In this document: positions 33,140 through 42,008 of the stretch, one piece after another | How the letters are laid out: every line of letters starts with the position of its first letter | Numbering within the stretch: the stretch's first letter is position 1 | NCBI GenBank assembly: GCA_946536225.1 | Contig: CAMNEE010000002.1 | Location: 309,584 to 373,583, forward strand | Direction: 5' to 3' | Origin: an uncultured Bacillales bacterium | Lineage (GTDB): Bacteria; Bacillota_I; Bacilli_A; RF39; UBA660 | DNA: 64,000 nucleotides | Translations under genes and position numbers: made by a program | Notes under the pieces: generated by a model | What the model was told of the DNA's origin: nothing | The model's input: only the letters and a program-made list of their open reading frames with translations | Databases searched by the model: none

Positions 33140-34516
33140 ATGGCAACAAGAAAAAAGATGACAAAAGTTTCAAAAGAATTAGATAAAAAAATTGCTAAAG
33201 ATATAAAAGAAGGAAATGGCTATAAAGGTTTAGATTTAAAGGAAGAAAAACCAAAAGAGAAAAAGGCCAAAGAAGAAAATGATGAAGTAACTTTTAAAAG
33301 CATTATAGAGTTAATTGTCATTGTTATAGCAGTAATAGTTATTTTAATCTTCTTCCCTCATACAGTAATATGGAATATAATAGTTCTTCTACTTATGTTA
33401 AGTCTTTTAATTACAGTTCACGAATTTGGACACTTTATAGTTGCTAAACTATTTGGTGTTCATGTATATGAATTTGCAATTGGAATGGGACCTAAAGTAT
33501 TAAGTTTTAAAAGAAAAAATGATCCAACTGTTTATTCTCTAAGAGCACTTCCTATTGGAGGATTTAATCAATTAGCTGGTGAAGTAGGAGAAGATGATGA
33601 TAGTCTTCCTAAAGATAAATTCATGTGTAATAAACCTAAATGGCAAAGAGTATTAATTCTTTGTGCAGGTGTTACAATGAACTTCCTTTTAGCACTTATC
33701 TTCTTATTCATGTTATCTTGCATTTGGGGTTCAGCAGAACAAAGAAGTATAGTTGCAGGAATTATTCCTGAAAGTGGTGCTGAGGTAGCTGGTATTACTA
33801 AAGGGGATAAAATTCTTAAACTAAATGGTCATGATGCATCTTCAGTTGATGCTCTAAACATTGCAGGATTACTTAAAAATAAAAATGACTATAATACTTA
33901 TATAGTTGAACATAAAGATGGAAAAAGAGAAACTTATAAAGTAGATATGTATGAGTTTGTAATATCAAATGATACAGGTTCAATTGTTGATAAGATAACA
34001 AAGGAAAACACTAAAGAAAACATTTTAAAAAATGCTTCTCTAAAAGAAGAAGATGTTACTGTATCTAAACTAGCTGGTCTTCAATTTGATAATACTCCTC
34101 ATAAAGGATTTATTCATTCTCTTAAATATGCAGGAGTTAAGTTTGTTAATACAGTTAAAATAATGATTACTATCATAGTAAACTTAATAACTGGTAACTT
34201 AGGAATGGATGCTTTATCCGGACCAGTTGGTATGTATACTGTAATAGATCAAGCAACTAACATAGGTTCTAAGTCATATGCATTCTATAATATGATTTAC
34301 CTAACTGCTTATATATCTATTAACCTTGGAGTAATGAATATACTTCCATTCCCAGCATTTGATGGAGGTCAATTACTATTTGTAATATATGAAGCAATTA
34401 CTCGTAAGAAAGGAAATGCTAATGTAGAAGGACTTATAAATCTAATAGGATTTGTACTTATCTTCTCACTTATGATTTATATAACATTCAAGGATGTATT
34501 AAAATTAATAGGATAA
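33140..34516 (+). CDS. rseP: RIP zinc metalloprotease RseP/RasP (site-2 protease, M50) with N-terminal extension
   Basis: It has HEFGHF (33419-33436), a PDZ region (GDKILKLNG) and NILPFPAFDGG. The HExxH begins at about residue 94 rather than about residue 20. Confidence 0.85.
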   Translation: MATRKKMTKVSKELDKKIAKDIKEGNGYKGLDLKEEKPKEKKAKEENDEVTFKSIIELIVIVIAVIVILIFFPHTVIWNIIVLLLMLSLLITVHEFGHFIVAKLFGVHVYEFAIGMGPKVLSFKRKNDPTVYSLRALPIGGFNQLAGEVGEDDDSLPKDKFMCNKPKWQRVLILCAGVTMNFLLALIFLFMLSCIWGSAEQRSIVAGIIPESGAEVAGITKGDKILKLNGHDASSVDALNIAGLLKNKNDYNTYIVEHKDGKRETYKVDMYEFVISNDTGSIVDKITKENTKENILKNASLKEEDVTVSKLAGLQFDNTPHKGFIHSLKYAGVKFVNTVKIMITIIVNLITGNLGMDALSGPVGMYTVIDQATNIGSKSYAFYNMIYLTAYISINLGVMNILPFPAFDGGQLLFVIYEAITRKKGNANVEGLINLIGFVLIFSLMIYITFKDVLKLIG

Positions 34517-34599
34517 TTTTTACATCCTTTTTTCTTTGCACTTGTTTTATTAAAATATATCTTATAGTATAATATTTAATAGAATAGGTGTGATATAAA

Positions 34600-35406
34600 A
34601 TGGATATAGTTTATATTCTATTAGGCGTTATTTTCGTTTTATTGCTTGTTCTTTTATTCGTTGTTCTAATAAGAATTAATAATAAAAAAATTAAAGGAGA
34701 ACTTGAGTATATAAGTGAGAATTATGATATATCTCAATTTAAAAATGATGCTCTTACAACAGATTCTCCTGATATATATAATTACAAATTAACCGCAGTT
34801 ATGAAAGCCCAACAAAATAAAATTGCTGAACTTCAAAACCAAATAAATAAGCTTCAACAAAATGTAGAAAAAAGTGCTGAAGAGTTAGAAGCAGAAAGAG
34901 CAAAGGTAAGAGAAGCAGTAGAAAAAAATAATGCACCTGTTGTTAATATTCCTCTTCCTGAAATGAAAGATGAAGAAATAACTATTATAGATGATACTAT
35001 TCCAACTGGAACAAATGAAAACCCAAGTGAAGTAATAAGTATTCCAGGAGTAAATGTTCCAGAAGAAAAGATAGTTGATAATGGTGAAGAAATAGAAGTA
35101 GTTGGAAGTGAAGAGTTAAAAGAAGATGGAGAAGAAATAGAAATACCTAATACTGCAATTGAAAAGGTAACTCCTCCTACGAGTAACACTCAACCACCAC
35201 TTAAGATTACAGAAGTAAAAGTAAATACAAATCCAATTGGATATGCAAATGCTAAAGAAAAAGCATTTGCATCAATCACGGATGGTAATACTACAATTAA
35301 TAGAGATATAAAATCTACTACTCCTGAACAAAAAAATCTTTCATATAAAACAGAAGTATTAGATTTATCAGAAATAAAAGAGTTGATGAATAATGAAAAA
35401 AATTAA
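34600..35406 (+). CDS. Hypothetical N-terminally anchored coiled-coil/acidic protein
   Basis: The 268-aa protein has one TM helix, then a coiled coil and a Glu/Pro/Val-rich region. It has its own RBS. Confidence 0.5.
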   Translation: MDIVYILLGVIFVLLLVLLFVVLIRINNKKIKGELEYISENYDISQFKNDALTTDSPDIYNYKLTAVMKAQQNKIAELQNQINKLQQNVEKSAEELEAERAKVREAVEKNNAPVVNIPLPEMKDEEITIIDDTIPTGTNENPSEVISIPGVNVPEEKIVDNGEEIEVVGSEELKEDGEEIEIPNTAIEKVTPPTSNTQPPLKITEVKVNTNPIGYANAKEKAFASITDGNTTINRDIKSTTPEQKNLSYKTEVLDLSEIKELMNNEKN

Positions 35407-35575
35407 AGAATTTAATAAAGTATATTTAGAATATCCTGATGAAAAAGTATTAAAAGATGAAGAATTAAAAGAATTAATGGAACAAAAGAGACAACTTCAA
35501 GAAAAAAGAATAATGCTTACAAAAGAGGATATTTTAAGAAGATTAAATGAAGAAAAAAGGGTATATACAAGATAA
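35393..35575 (+). CDS. Hypothetical small charged protein
   Basis: The 60-aa ORF overlaps the previous ORF by 14 nt. It is Lys/Glu-rich and helical. There is no homology evidence. Confidence 0.35.
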   Translation: MKKIKEFNKVYLEYPDEKVLKDEELKELMEQKRQLQEKRIMLTKEDILRRLNEEKRVYTR

Positions 35576-35659
35576 TATAACCCTTTTTTTTACCTTTGGG
35601 AGGAATGTTTTTCTTCAATAAAAACGTTTTATATTGTATAATAGGTTAAGGTGATGAAA

Positions 35660-37594
35660 ATGGCAGTAAAAAAATATGATGCAGATTCGATTAAGATTCT
35701 TGAAGGACTAGAAGCAGTTCGTAAAAGACCTGGTATGTATATAGGTTCTACTGATAAAAGAGGACTTCATCACTTGGTTTGGGAAATAATTGATAATGGT
35801 ATTGATGAAATTATAAATGGATATGGTAATACTATTAAAATTATTTTAAATAAAGATGGATCAATTACTATTGCTGATAATGGTCGTGGTGTTCCAATTG
35901 GAATGCACTCATCTGGTAAATCTACTCCTGAAGTAGTTTATACAGTACTACATGCAGGTGGTAAATTTGAAGAAGGAAACTATAAAGTTTCAGGTGGCCT
36001 TCATGGTGTAGGTGCATCTGTTGTTAATGCCTTATCTGATTGGATGGATGTAATTATCTATAATGATGGTAAAATATCTGAAATTAAGTTTAAAAATGGT
36101 GGAGAAGTAGCAGAACCATTAAAGACAATTGGTGAATCAAAGAAAACTGGTACAATTGTTACTTTCATGCCAAATTATGAAATATTCAAAAATTGTCAAT
36201 TTTCTTTTTCAACAATATGCGAAAGAAATCAAGAAAGTGCATTCTTAAATCCTAATCTAACTATTGAACTTGAGAATAGAGTAAGTGATGAAGTACAAAA
36301 GGTAACTTATCACTATGAAAAAGGATTAGAAGCATTCGTAGAATATATGAATGAAGATAAAAATGTACTTGATAATATAATTAATATTCATGGAGAAAAA
36401 AGTAAGATAATAGTTGATGTAGCTCTTCAATATACTGATTCTTATAATGAATCAATTATCTCATTTGTTAACAATGTTAAAACAAGTGATGGTGGTTCAC
36501 ATGAAGTTGGTTTTAAATCAGGTTTAACTAAAATCTTTAATGACTATTGTAGAGAAAACAATATCTTAAAAGCTAAAGACTCTAACTTCGATGGAAGTGA
36601 TGTAAGAGAAGGTCTAACTGCAGTAATTAACTTAAAAGTTCCTGAAGAACTATTACAATTTGAAGGACAAACTAAAGGTAAACTTGGTACACCTGAAGCG
36701 CGCGTTGCAGTAGAACAAATTGTCTATGATAATTTAAAGTTCTATCTACATGAACATAAGTCAGAAGCCATGGCTATATGTGATAAGATGACTAACTCTA
36801 AATTTGCAAGAGAAGCTGCAAGAAAGGCAAGAGAAGAAGCTAGACTTGGAAAGAGTAAGAAAATGAAACAAGCAAGTCTTTCTGATAAACTAACACCTCC
36901 TCAAGGACATAACTCAAAGATTAATGAATTATTCATAGTTGAGGGTACATCAGCAGGAGGATCTGCAAAACAAGGAAGAGATAGAAAATTCCAAGGAGTT
37001 CTTCCTTTAAGAGGAAAGGTTCTTAATACTGAAAAAGCCAGTCTTGCAGATGCTTATAAGAATGAAGAACTTAATACGTTAATTCAATGTATAGGTGGAG
37101 GAGTAGGACAAGAGTTTGACGTTAAAGACATTAAGTATGATAAAGTAATTATCATGACAGATGCCGATGATGATGGATGTCATATTCAATGTTTATTATT
37201 AACATTCTTCTATCGTTTCATGAGACCTTTAATTGAAGAAGGACATTTATATATCGCAATGCCTCCTTTATATAAAGTAGATTTCCCAGGTAAAAAAGAT
37301 GCTTCTGTATATTGTTATACTAATGAAGAATTAAAAGAAGTAACTGAAGGTAAAACAAACTATCAAGTACAACGTTACAAAGGACTTGGTGAAATGAATC
37401 CAGGACCATTAAGAGAAACAACAATGGATCCAAAGACTCGTAATCTAATTCAAGTAACTATTACAGATGATATGCTTGCTGAAAAGAGAGTATCAGTACT
37501 AATGGGAGATAAAGTAGAACCAAGAAAAGCTTGGATTAATGAAAATGTAGACTTTACTCTTGAAGATGATTTTAAGAAAAAGAATAATGAATAG
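35660..37594 (+). CDS. parE: DNA topoisomerase IV subunit B (type IIA topoisomerase B subunit)
   Basis: It has the GHKL ATPase (LEGLEAVRKRPGMYIGST, GLHHLVWEIIDN), Toprim EGTSAGGSAKQGRD and IMTDADDDG. ParE-like features are LSDKLTPP, FEGQTKGKLGT and LMGDKVEPRKAWI. No parC gene is adjacent. Confidence 0.8.
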   Translation: MAVKKYDADSIKILEGLEAVRKRPGMYIGSTDKRGLHHLVWEIIDNGIDEIINGYGNTIKIILNKDGSITIADNGRGVPIGMHSSGKSTPEVVYTVLHAGGKFEEGNYKVSGGLHGVGASVVNALSDWMDVIIYNDGKISEIKFKNGGEVAEPLKTIGESKKTGTIVTFMPNYEIFKNCQFSFSTICERNQESAFLNPNLTIELENRVSDEVQKVTYHYEKGLEAFVEYMNEDKNVLDNIINIHGEKSKIIVDVALQYTDSYNESIISFVNNVKTSDGGSHEVGFKSGLTKIFNDYCRENNILKAKDSNFDGSDVREGLTAVINLKVPEELLQFEGQTKGKLGTPEARVAVEQIVYDNLKFYLHEHKSEAMAICDKMTNSKFAREAARKAREEARLGKSKKMKQASLSDKLTPPQGHNSKINELFIVEGTSAGGSAKQGRDRKFQGVLPLRGKVLNTEKASLADAYKNEELNTLIQCIGGGVGQEFDVKDIKYDKVIIMTDADDDGCHIQCLLLTFFYRFMRPLIEEGHLYIAMPPLYKVDFPGKKDASVYCYTNEELKEVTEGKTNYQVQRYKGLGEMNPGPLRETTMDPKTRNLIQVTITDDMLAEKRVSVLMGDKVEPRKAWINENVDFTLEDDFKKKNNE

Positions 37595-37622
37595 AAGTAT
37601 TAAAAATACTTCTATTTTTATA
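37591..37622 (+). terminator. Terminator after parE
   Basis: atagaagtatt/aaa/aatacttctat (11 bp) is followed by a T-run. Confidence 0.75.
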
Positions 37623-37697
37623 TACATTCGTACAAGTGTTTGATATAATTAAATAGTAATGAAAAATTAATTATGATATAATTTAGATGGTGATAAT

Positions 37698-38984
37698 ATG
37701 GATGAAGAAAAACAAATAAAATATTATTCCGTTACTCAATATAATACATCTATTAAGAATTATTTAGATGGAATTCCACAATTAAATGATGTACATATCA
37801 AGGGTGAAATAAGTAACTGGAAAGGTGCTACAAGAGGACACTTATACTTTACTTTAAAAGATGAAGAATCTCGTATAAGTGCAGTTATGTTCTCGTCTTC
37901 TGCTTCTCACTTAGAGTTTACTCCTAAAGAAGGAGATAAGGTTTTAGTAGATGGTAGAATTTCAGCTTATCCAACATCAGGAACATATCAAGTATATATA
38001 AATAAAATGGTTCTTGATGGAGAAGGAGATTTACTAAAAAAACTTGAAGAGTTAAAGAAAAAATTAGAAGCTGAAGGTTTATTTAAACAAGAACATAAAA
38101 AGCCAATTCCTAAGTTCCCTAAAAGAATTGGAGTTATTACTTCTAGTAATGTTAATCAAGCAGCAGTGCATGATATTATTACAACAATTAATAGAAGATA
38201 TCCAATATGTGAAGTAATATTATTTCCAGCCATGGTTCAAGGAGAACAAGCTAAGTTTGATATAGTTAAACAAATTGAAGAAGCAAATGATCCTAAGTAT
38301 TGCCTTGATACATTAATAGTTGGAAGAGGTGGAGGTTCTATTGAAGACCTATGGGCATTTAATGAAGAAATAGTTGCTCGTGCAATATATAATTCAAATG
38401 TACCAATTATCTCAGCCGTAGGTCATGATATTGATTACACAATTGCTGACTTTGTAGCAGACCTAAGAGCTGCAACACCAACAGCAGGAGCAGAGCTTGC
38501 TGTTCCAAATCTTGCTGATGTAAAATCAATGCTAAACCAATATCAAATAAGATCTAATAATGCAATTAGTACAAAAATAAGAAGACTTAAAGATATCTTA
38601 GAAAAGATAAAGAAGAGTTATGTATTACAAAATCCACTTGCATCTTTTGAAATAAAAGAACAAAAATTAGATGAATTAATTAATAGATTAAATACAAATC
38701 TTATTAATAAAATTAATAATGCTAAGACAAGATATAATACACTTATATCAAAAAGAATTGTTAAACATCCTGAAGAGATGTTTATAGCATATAAGAATCA
38801 AATGGAATTAATGATTAATAAACTTGAATTATTAAATCCACTTAATGTCCTTAAGAAAGGTTATACAGTAACTGAAGTTAATGATAAACCATTAAAATCA
38901 ATTAAAGATGTTAAAGTAAATGATAAATTAAGAATCAAAGTTATTGATGGTGAAATAAATGCAAATGTAGAAGGAGTTAAATAA
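37698..38984 (+). CDS. xseA: Exodeoxyribonuclease VII large subunit
   Basis: It has an OB-fold N-terminus (YSVTQYNTSIKNYL..V.IKGEISNW....GHLYFTLKD) and the catalytic core GVITS...RGGGS.EDLW.FN.E. It is followed by xseB. Confidence 0.9.
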   Translation: MDEEKQIKYYSVTQYNTSIKNYLDGIPQLNDVHIKGEISNWKGATRGHLYFTLKDEESRISAVMFSSSASHLEFTPKEGDKVLVDGRISAYPTSGTYQVYINKMVLDGEGDLLKKLEELKKKLEAEGLFKQEHKKPIPKFPKRIGVITSSNVNQAAVHDIITTINRRYPICEVILFPAMVQGEQAKFDIVKQIEEANDPKYCLDTLIVGRGGGSIEDLWAFNEEIVARAIYNSNVPIISAVGHDIDYTIADFVADLRAATPTAGAELAVPNLADVKSMLNQYQIRSNNAISTKIRRLKDILEKIKKSYVLQNPLASFEIKEQKLDELINRLNTNLINKINNAKTRYNTLISKRIVKHPEEMFIAYKNQMELMINKLELLNPLNVLKKGYTVTEVNDKPLKSIKDVKVNDKLRIKVIDGEINANVEGVK

Positions 38985-38985
38985 G

Positions 38986-39204
38986 ATGGCAAAAGAAGAA
39001 AAAAAGTTTGAAGAATTAATGGAAGAAGTTGAAACTATTGTTGAATCTTTAGAAAATGGAGATGTAGATTTAGAAGAATCTATAAAGAAATATACAGAAG
39101 CTATGAAGATAGTTAAGACATGTTCAGAAAAACTTGAAAGTGCAACTGAAACAGTTAATAAAGTATTAACTGAAAATGGAACTTTAGAAAACTTAGAAGT
39201 ATAA
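38986..39204 (+). CDS. xseB: Exodeoxyribonuclease VII small subunit
   Basis: The 72-aa protein reads FEELMEEVETIVESLENGDVDLEESIKKYTEAMK and is adjacent to xseA. Confidence 0.85.
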   Translation: MAKEEKKFEELMEEVETIVESLENGDVDLEESIKKYTEAMKIVKTCSEKLESATETVNKVLTENGTLENLEV

Positions 39205-39232
39205 GAAATATTTTTAAAATATTTCTTTTTAT
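39204..39232 (+). terminator. Terminator after xseB
   Basis: agaaatattt/tta/aaatatttct is followed by a T-run. Confidence 0.7.
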
Positions 39233-39272
39233 TTTGAATATTGTTATACTAGATATAAGGTAGGTGGATATA

Positions 39273-39932
39273 ATGAAGAAAAATAAAGTAACTGATGAAG
39301 CTTTAAGAAAGATGGCATCATATATTATTATTGTTTCAGTAGTTTTTATATCTGTAATACTTTTATTTGTAATATATATGGAAGTAAGTTTAAAATCCCC
39401 ACTTGATTATAAAGCTAACAATAGTATTGAAGATATACTTATAAAAAATGAATTTAAAGAGTTAATAATAGGTGAGAGTCCTTTAAATCTAGAAGAGCTT
39501 TGTATAGAAGGATGTGCTTATAAGAAAGATGACTTTGGTAAGACTAATTACTATAAAATAAATCATGAAAACGGAGAGTATAAGTTATTTATAATTACCA
39601 ATAGTGCAAGAGTAGATGAAATATTCCTAGGTAAGAGAATAACCAATCTTTCAGTTGGTTATTATAAAGATAATATAATATTTAAATATGTGTATAATGA
39701 TGATGTAGATGAGTATGATGAAGTAATTCTTTATAATGGAGTAAGTACCCAAGTAATTACATCTATGTCTACAAATGAAATGGAAGTTACTGATGAAGGA
39801 ATAATCTATTATCAATTTGTATGTTTAAATGAAGCATATACAAATACAATGAAACAAAAATATTTGTTAGTTCCATTTAATACTATTCCAACACTTATAG
39901 GTGAAGAAAAGATTAATTATTCAAAATGTTAA
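39273..39932 (+). CDS. Hypothetical N-terminally anchored protein
   Basis: ATG 39273 follows aaggtaggtgg. There is one TM helix and no recognisable domain. Confidence 0.5.
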   Translation: MKKNKVTDEALRKMASYIIIVSVVFISVILLFVIYMEVSLKSPLDYKANNSIEDILIKNEFKELIIGESPLNLEELCIEGCAYKKDDFGKTNYYKINHENGEYKLFIITNSARVDEIFLGKRITNLSVGYYKDNIIFKYVYNDDVDEYDEVILYNGVSTQVITSMSTNEMEVTDEGIIYYQFVCLNEAYTNTMKQKYLLVPFNTIPTLIGEEKINYSKC

Positions 39933-39962
39933 AAAAAGTTGTCAAGTTTGACAACTTTTTTA
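39933..39962 (+). terminator. Intrinsic terminator
   Basis: aaaagttgtcaa/gt/ttgacaactttt is followed by T residues. Confidence 0.75.
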
Positions 39963-40035
39963 TTGTTTACTTTGATGTATATAATCAATAATGTTAAAAT
40001 AGAAAATACAGGACTAATTAGGAAGGTGAATAAAT

Positions 40036-40749
40036 ATGACATACGTTAATGAGGTTGATTTTAGAGAACCTGTTAGAAGAAAATTAGAATTTTTTGGACT
40101 ACATAATGAAACATACTTAGATGTTATATGTGATGGTATGTTTGCAAAAATATTTAAAGATGCATTAGGTTCATATAGTATTCCATCTGATGATATAGTT
40201 TTAAGCAAATTGGATGGTGATTGTGCATTTAAGTATGAATTTAAAACAATCTATTCAGAAGATGAAAACAGTAATGTTATCGAAATTCTTTCAAATGATG
40301 ATGGAGGAGTTGCTCTTAGAGCAGATTTAGGTAATACTCATTTTTATGCAATTGCAAAGAATAATACTTTAACTTTTGGGACACTTAAAGATGATCAATT
40401 TGTAGAATCAGTTGTTAACCTATCTGGTAATGATGTTAAATCAATTGAAGTAACTAGAAATAATCTAGATAATCAAGTTGTTCAAAATGCAACTGTTAAA
40501 CCAATGGGTATTAAGTTAAAGGCAAATGAATATTATTCATATACACCTAAGAAACATGGTGATAAACCAGAAACAGTTGGAAGATTTATAAACAAATTTG
40601 ATAGGTCTTCAAGACTCATGGCTGTTACAACTTCTAGAGAATTAAAAGAGAATGCACCTTTTATTCCAAATATAATTGAATCAACAGTTCAAGAGATGGA
40701 TAAAGACCTTGCATTAGAAGAAGTTAAAAAAAGAAGATTACATAAATAA
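40036..40749 (+). CDS. Hypothetical soluble protein
   Basis: The 237-aa ORF has a ggaaggtga RBS and no recognisable motif. Confidence 0.5.
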   Translation: MTYVNEVDFREPVRRKLEFFGLHNETYLDVICDGMFAKIFKDALGSYSIPSDDIVLSKLDGDCAFKYEFKTIYSEDENSNVIEILSNDDGGVALRADLGNTHFYAIAKNNTLTFGTLKDDQFVESVVNLSGNDVKSIEVTRNNLDNQVVQNATVKPMGIKLKANEYYSYTPKKHGDKPETVGRFINKFDRSSRLMAVTTSRELKENAPFIPNIIESTVQEMDKDLALEEVKKRRLHK

Positions 40750-40764
40750 TGTAATCTTTTTTTG
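40735..40764 (+). terminator. Intrinsic terminator
   Basis: agattaca/taaataa/tgtaatct is followed by T7. Confidence 0.65.
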
Positions 40765-40835
40765 TAAACACTTATTTTTTTTCTTGTTGTTAGTCAATAA
40801 TAATCATATAATTAAAGTATGATAGGAGTGAATGT

Positions 40836-41192
40836 ATGGATACAAATATTTTAACTAGCAACGGAATAGATATTAATAAAGGATTAGAATTACTTGGAGA
40901 TATGGATATGTATAATGATACTCTAAGAGATTTTATTACTGAGTCAGAAACAAGAATACCTCAAATCCAAAATGCACTTGCAACTGGAGACATGGAAACA
41001 TATGGTATTTTAACTCATGCTATGAAAAGTGATTCTAAATATCTAGGATTTGATAAATTAGCTGAATTATCATATAACCATGAAATGGCTGGTAAAGGTG
41101 GAGATGTTGCTTATGCTCAAACTAACAATCCAGAATTAATGGCTGAAGCTAATAGAATTATTACAGTTGTAAAACAATATTTAGGACTATAA
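40836..41192 (+). CDS. Stand-alone Hpt (histidine phosphotransfer) domain protein
   Basis: The 118-aa four-helix-type protein carries the motif HAMKSDSKYLGFDKL (H-x-x-K-[GS]-x-[SA]-x-x-[LI]-G). Confidence 0.7.
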   Translation: MDTNILTSNGIDINKGLELLGDMDMYNDTLRDFITESETRIPQIQNALATGDMETYGILTHAMKSDSKYLGFDKLAELSYNHEMAGKGGDVAYAQTNNPELMAEANRIITVVKQYLGL

Positions 41193-41232
41193 TTAATCAG
41201 GGTGGTAATCATTATTTAACAGAGGTGATTAT

Positions 41233-41934
41233 ATGAACATCAATGAAATTGTTAAAAATATACCAAATGCTATAGCAAAGTACTTTAAACATATTTATAT
41301 AGTAAGTAAGAGTAGAAATGAATTCTATTCAATTGATTACTCTGGTTCTAAAACAAAAGTAGAACCAAAGAAAGAATTCAAAGAAATAGAAAATGTTTTA
41401 AGTAACTATAATAAATCATGGGAATCTATTGTTAATACTAAAAAAGGTATTTATACATCAGATAAACATGGTGATGATCTTATTCTTATGGATGACTTAG
41501 GAGATTATAGAGTTTTATACTTAATTAATCTTATTCCTAAGAAAGAAACTAAGAAATATAAGATTATAGTTGCAGATGACTCAACTATTATTACTAAATT
41601 CTTATATAAATTATTTAAGGATCAATATGATGTATTAATAGCTCATAATGGTAAAGACGCAATTAATCTTATTGAAGGTAATGATTTAAAAGATATAGCA
41701 GGATGCTTTATTGATTTAAACATGCCTATATCAACAGGATATGATGTACTTGATTATTTTAAGAAAAATAATCTATTTAAAACAATACCTGTTTCAATCA
41801 TATCTGGTGAAGATGATGTAGACACTATATCTAAGATTACTATTGAATATGATGTAGTAGATATGTTAAGAAAACCATTTGATCAAACAGCTGCTAGAGA
41901 TTTAGTAACTAAAACAATTAATTTTAATAAATAG
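41233..41934 (+). CDS. Response-regulator receiver protein with unknown ~115-aa N-terminal domain and no output domain
   Basis: The C-terminal REC domain has KIIVADDS (acidic pair), FIDLNMP (phospho-acceptor Asp), SIISG (Ser/Thr) and LRKPF (Lys). Confidence 0.8.
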   Translation: MNINEIVKNIPNAIAKYFKHIYIVSKSRNEFYSIDYSGSKTKVEPKKEFKEIENVLSNYNKSWESIVNTKKGIYTSDKHGDDLILMDDLGDYRVLYLINLIPKKETKKYKIIVADDSTIITKFLYKLFKDQYDVLIAHNGKDAINLIEGNDLKDIAGCFIDLNMPISTGYDVLDYFKKNNLFKTIPVSIISGEDDVDTISKITIEYDVVDMLRKPFDQTAARDLVTKTINFNK

Positions 41935-41956
41935 AAGTGTAAACTTCTATTTTTTG
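41931..41956 (+). terminator. Intrinsic terminator
   Basis: atagaagt/gtaa/acttctat is followed by T6. Confidence 0.7.
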
Positions 41957-42008
41957 TTGTAATTATTTTGTTTAATGATATTATATATACCATTAACAGG
42001 GGGATATT

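Noticed and set aside
37591-41956. Shared hairpin arms atagaagt/acttctat in the terminators after parE (37591) and after the receiver gene (41931), considered as a possible dispersed repeat or MITE.
   Set aside because: Only the 8-nt arms are shared, not the flanks. In both cases the 5' arm begins with the gene's own TAG stop codon. This is most simply convergent terminator sequence in an AT-rich genome.
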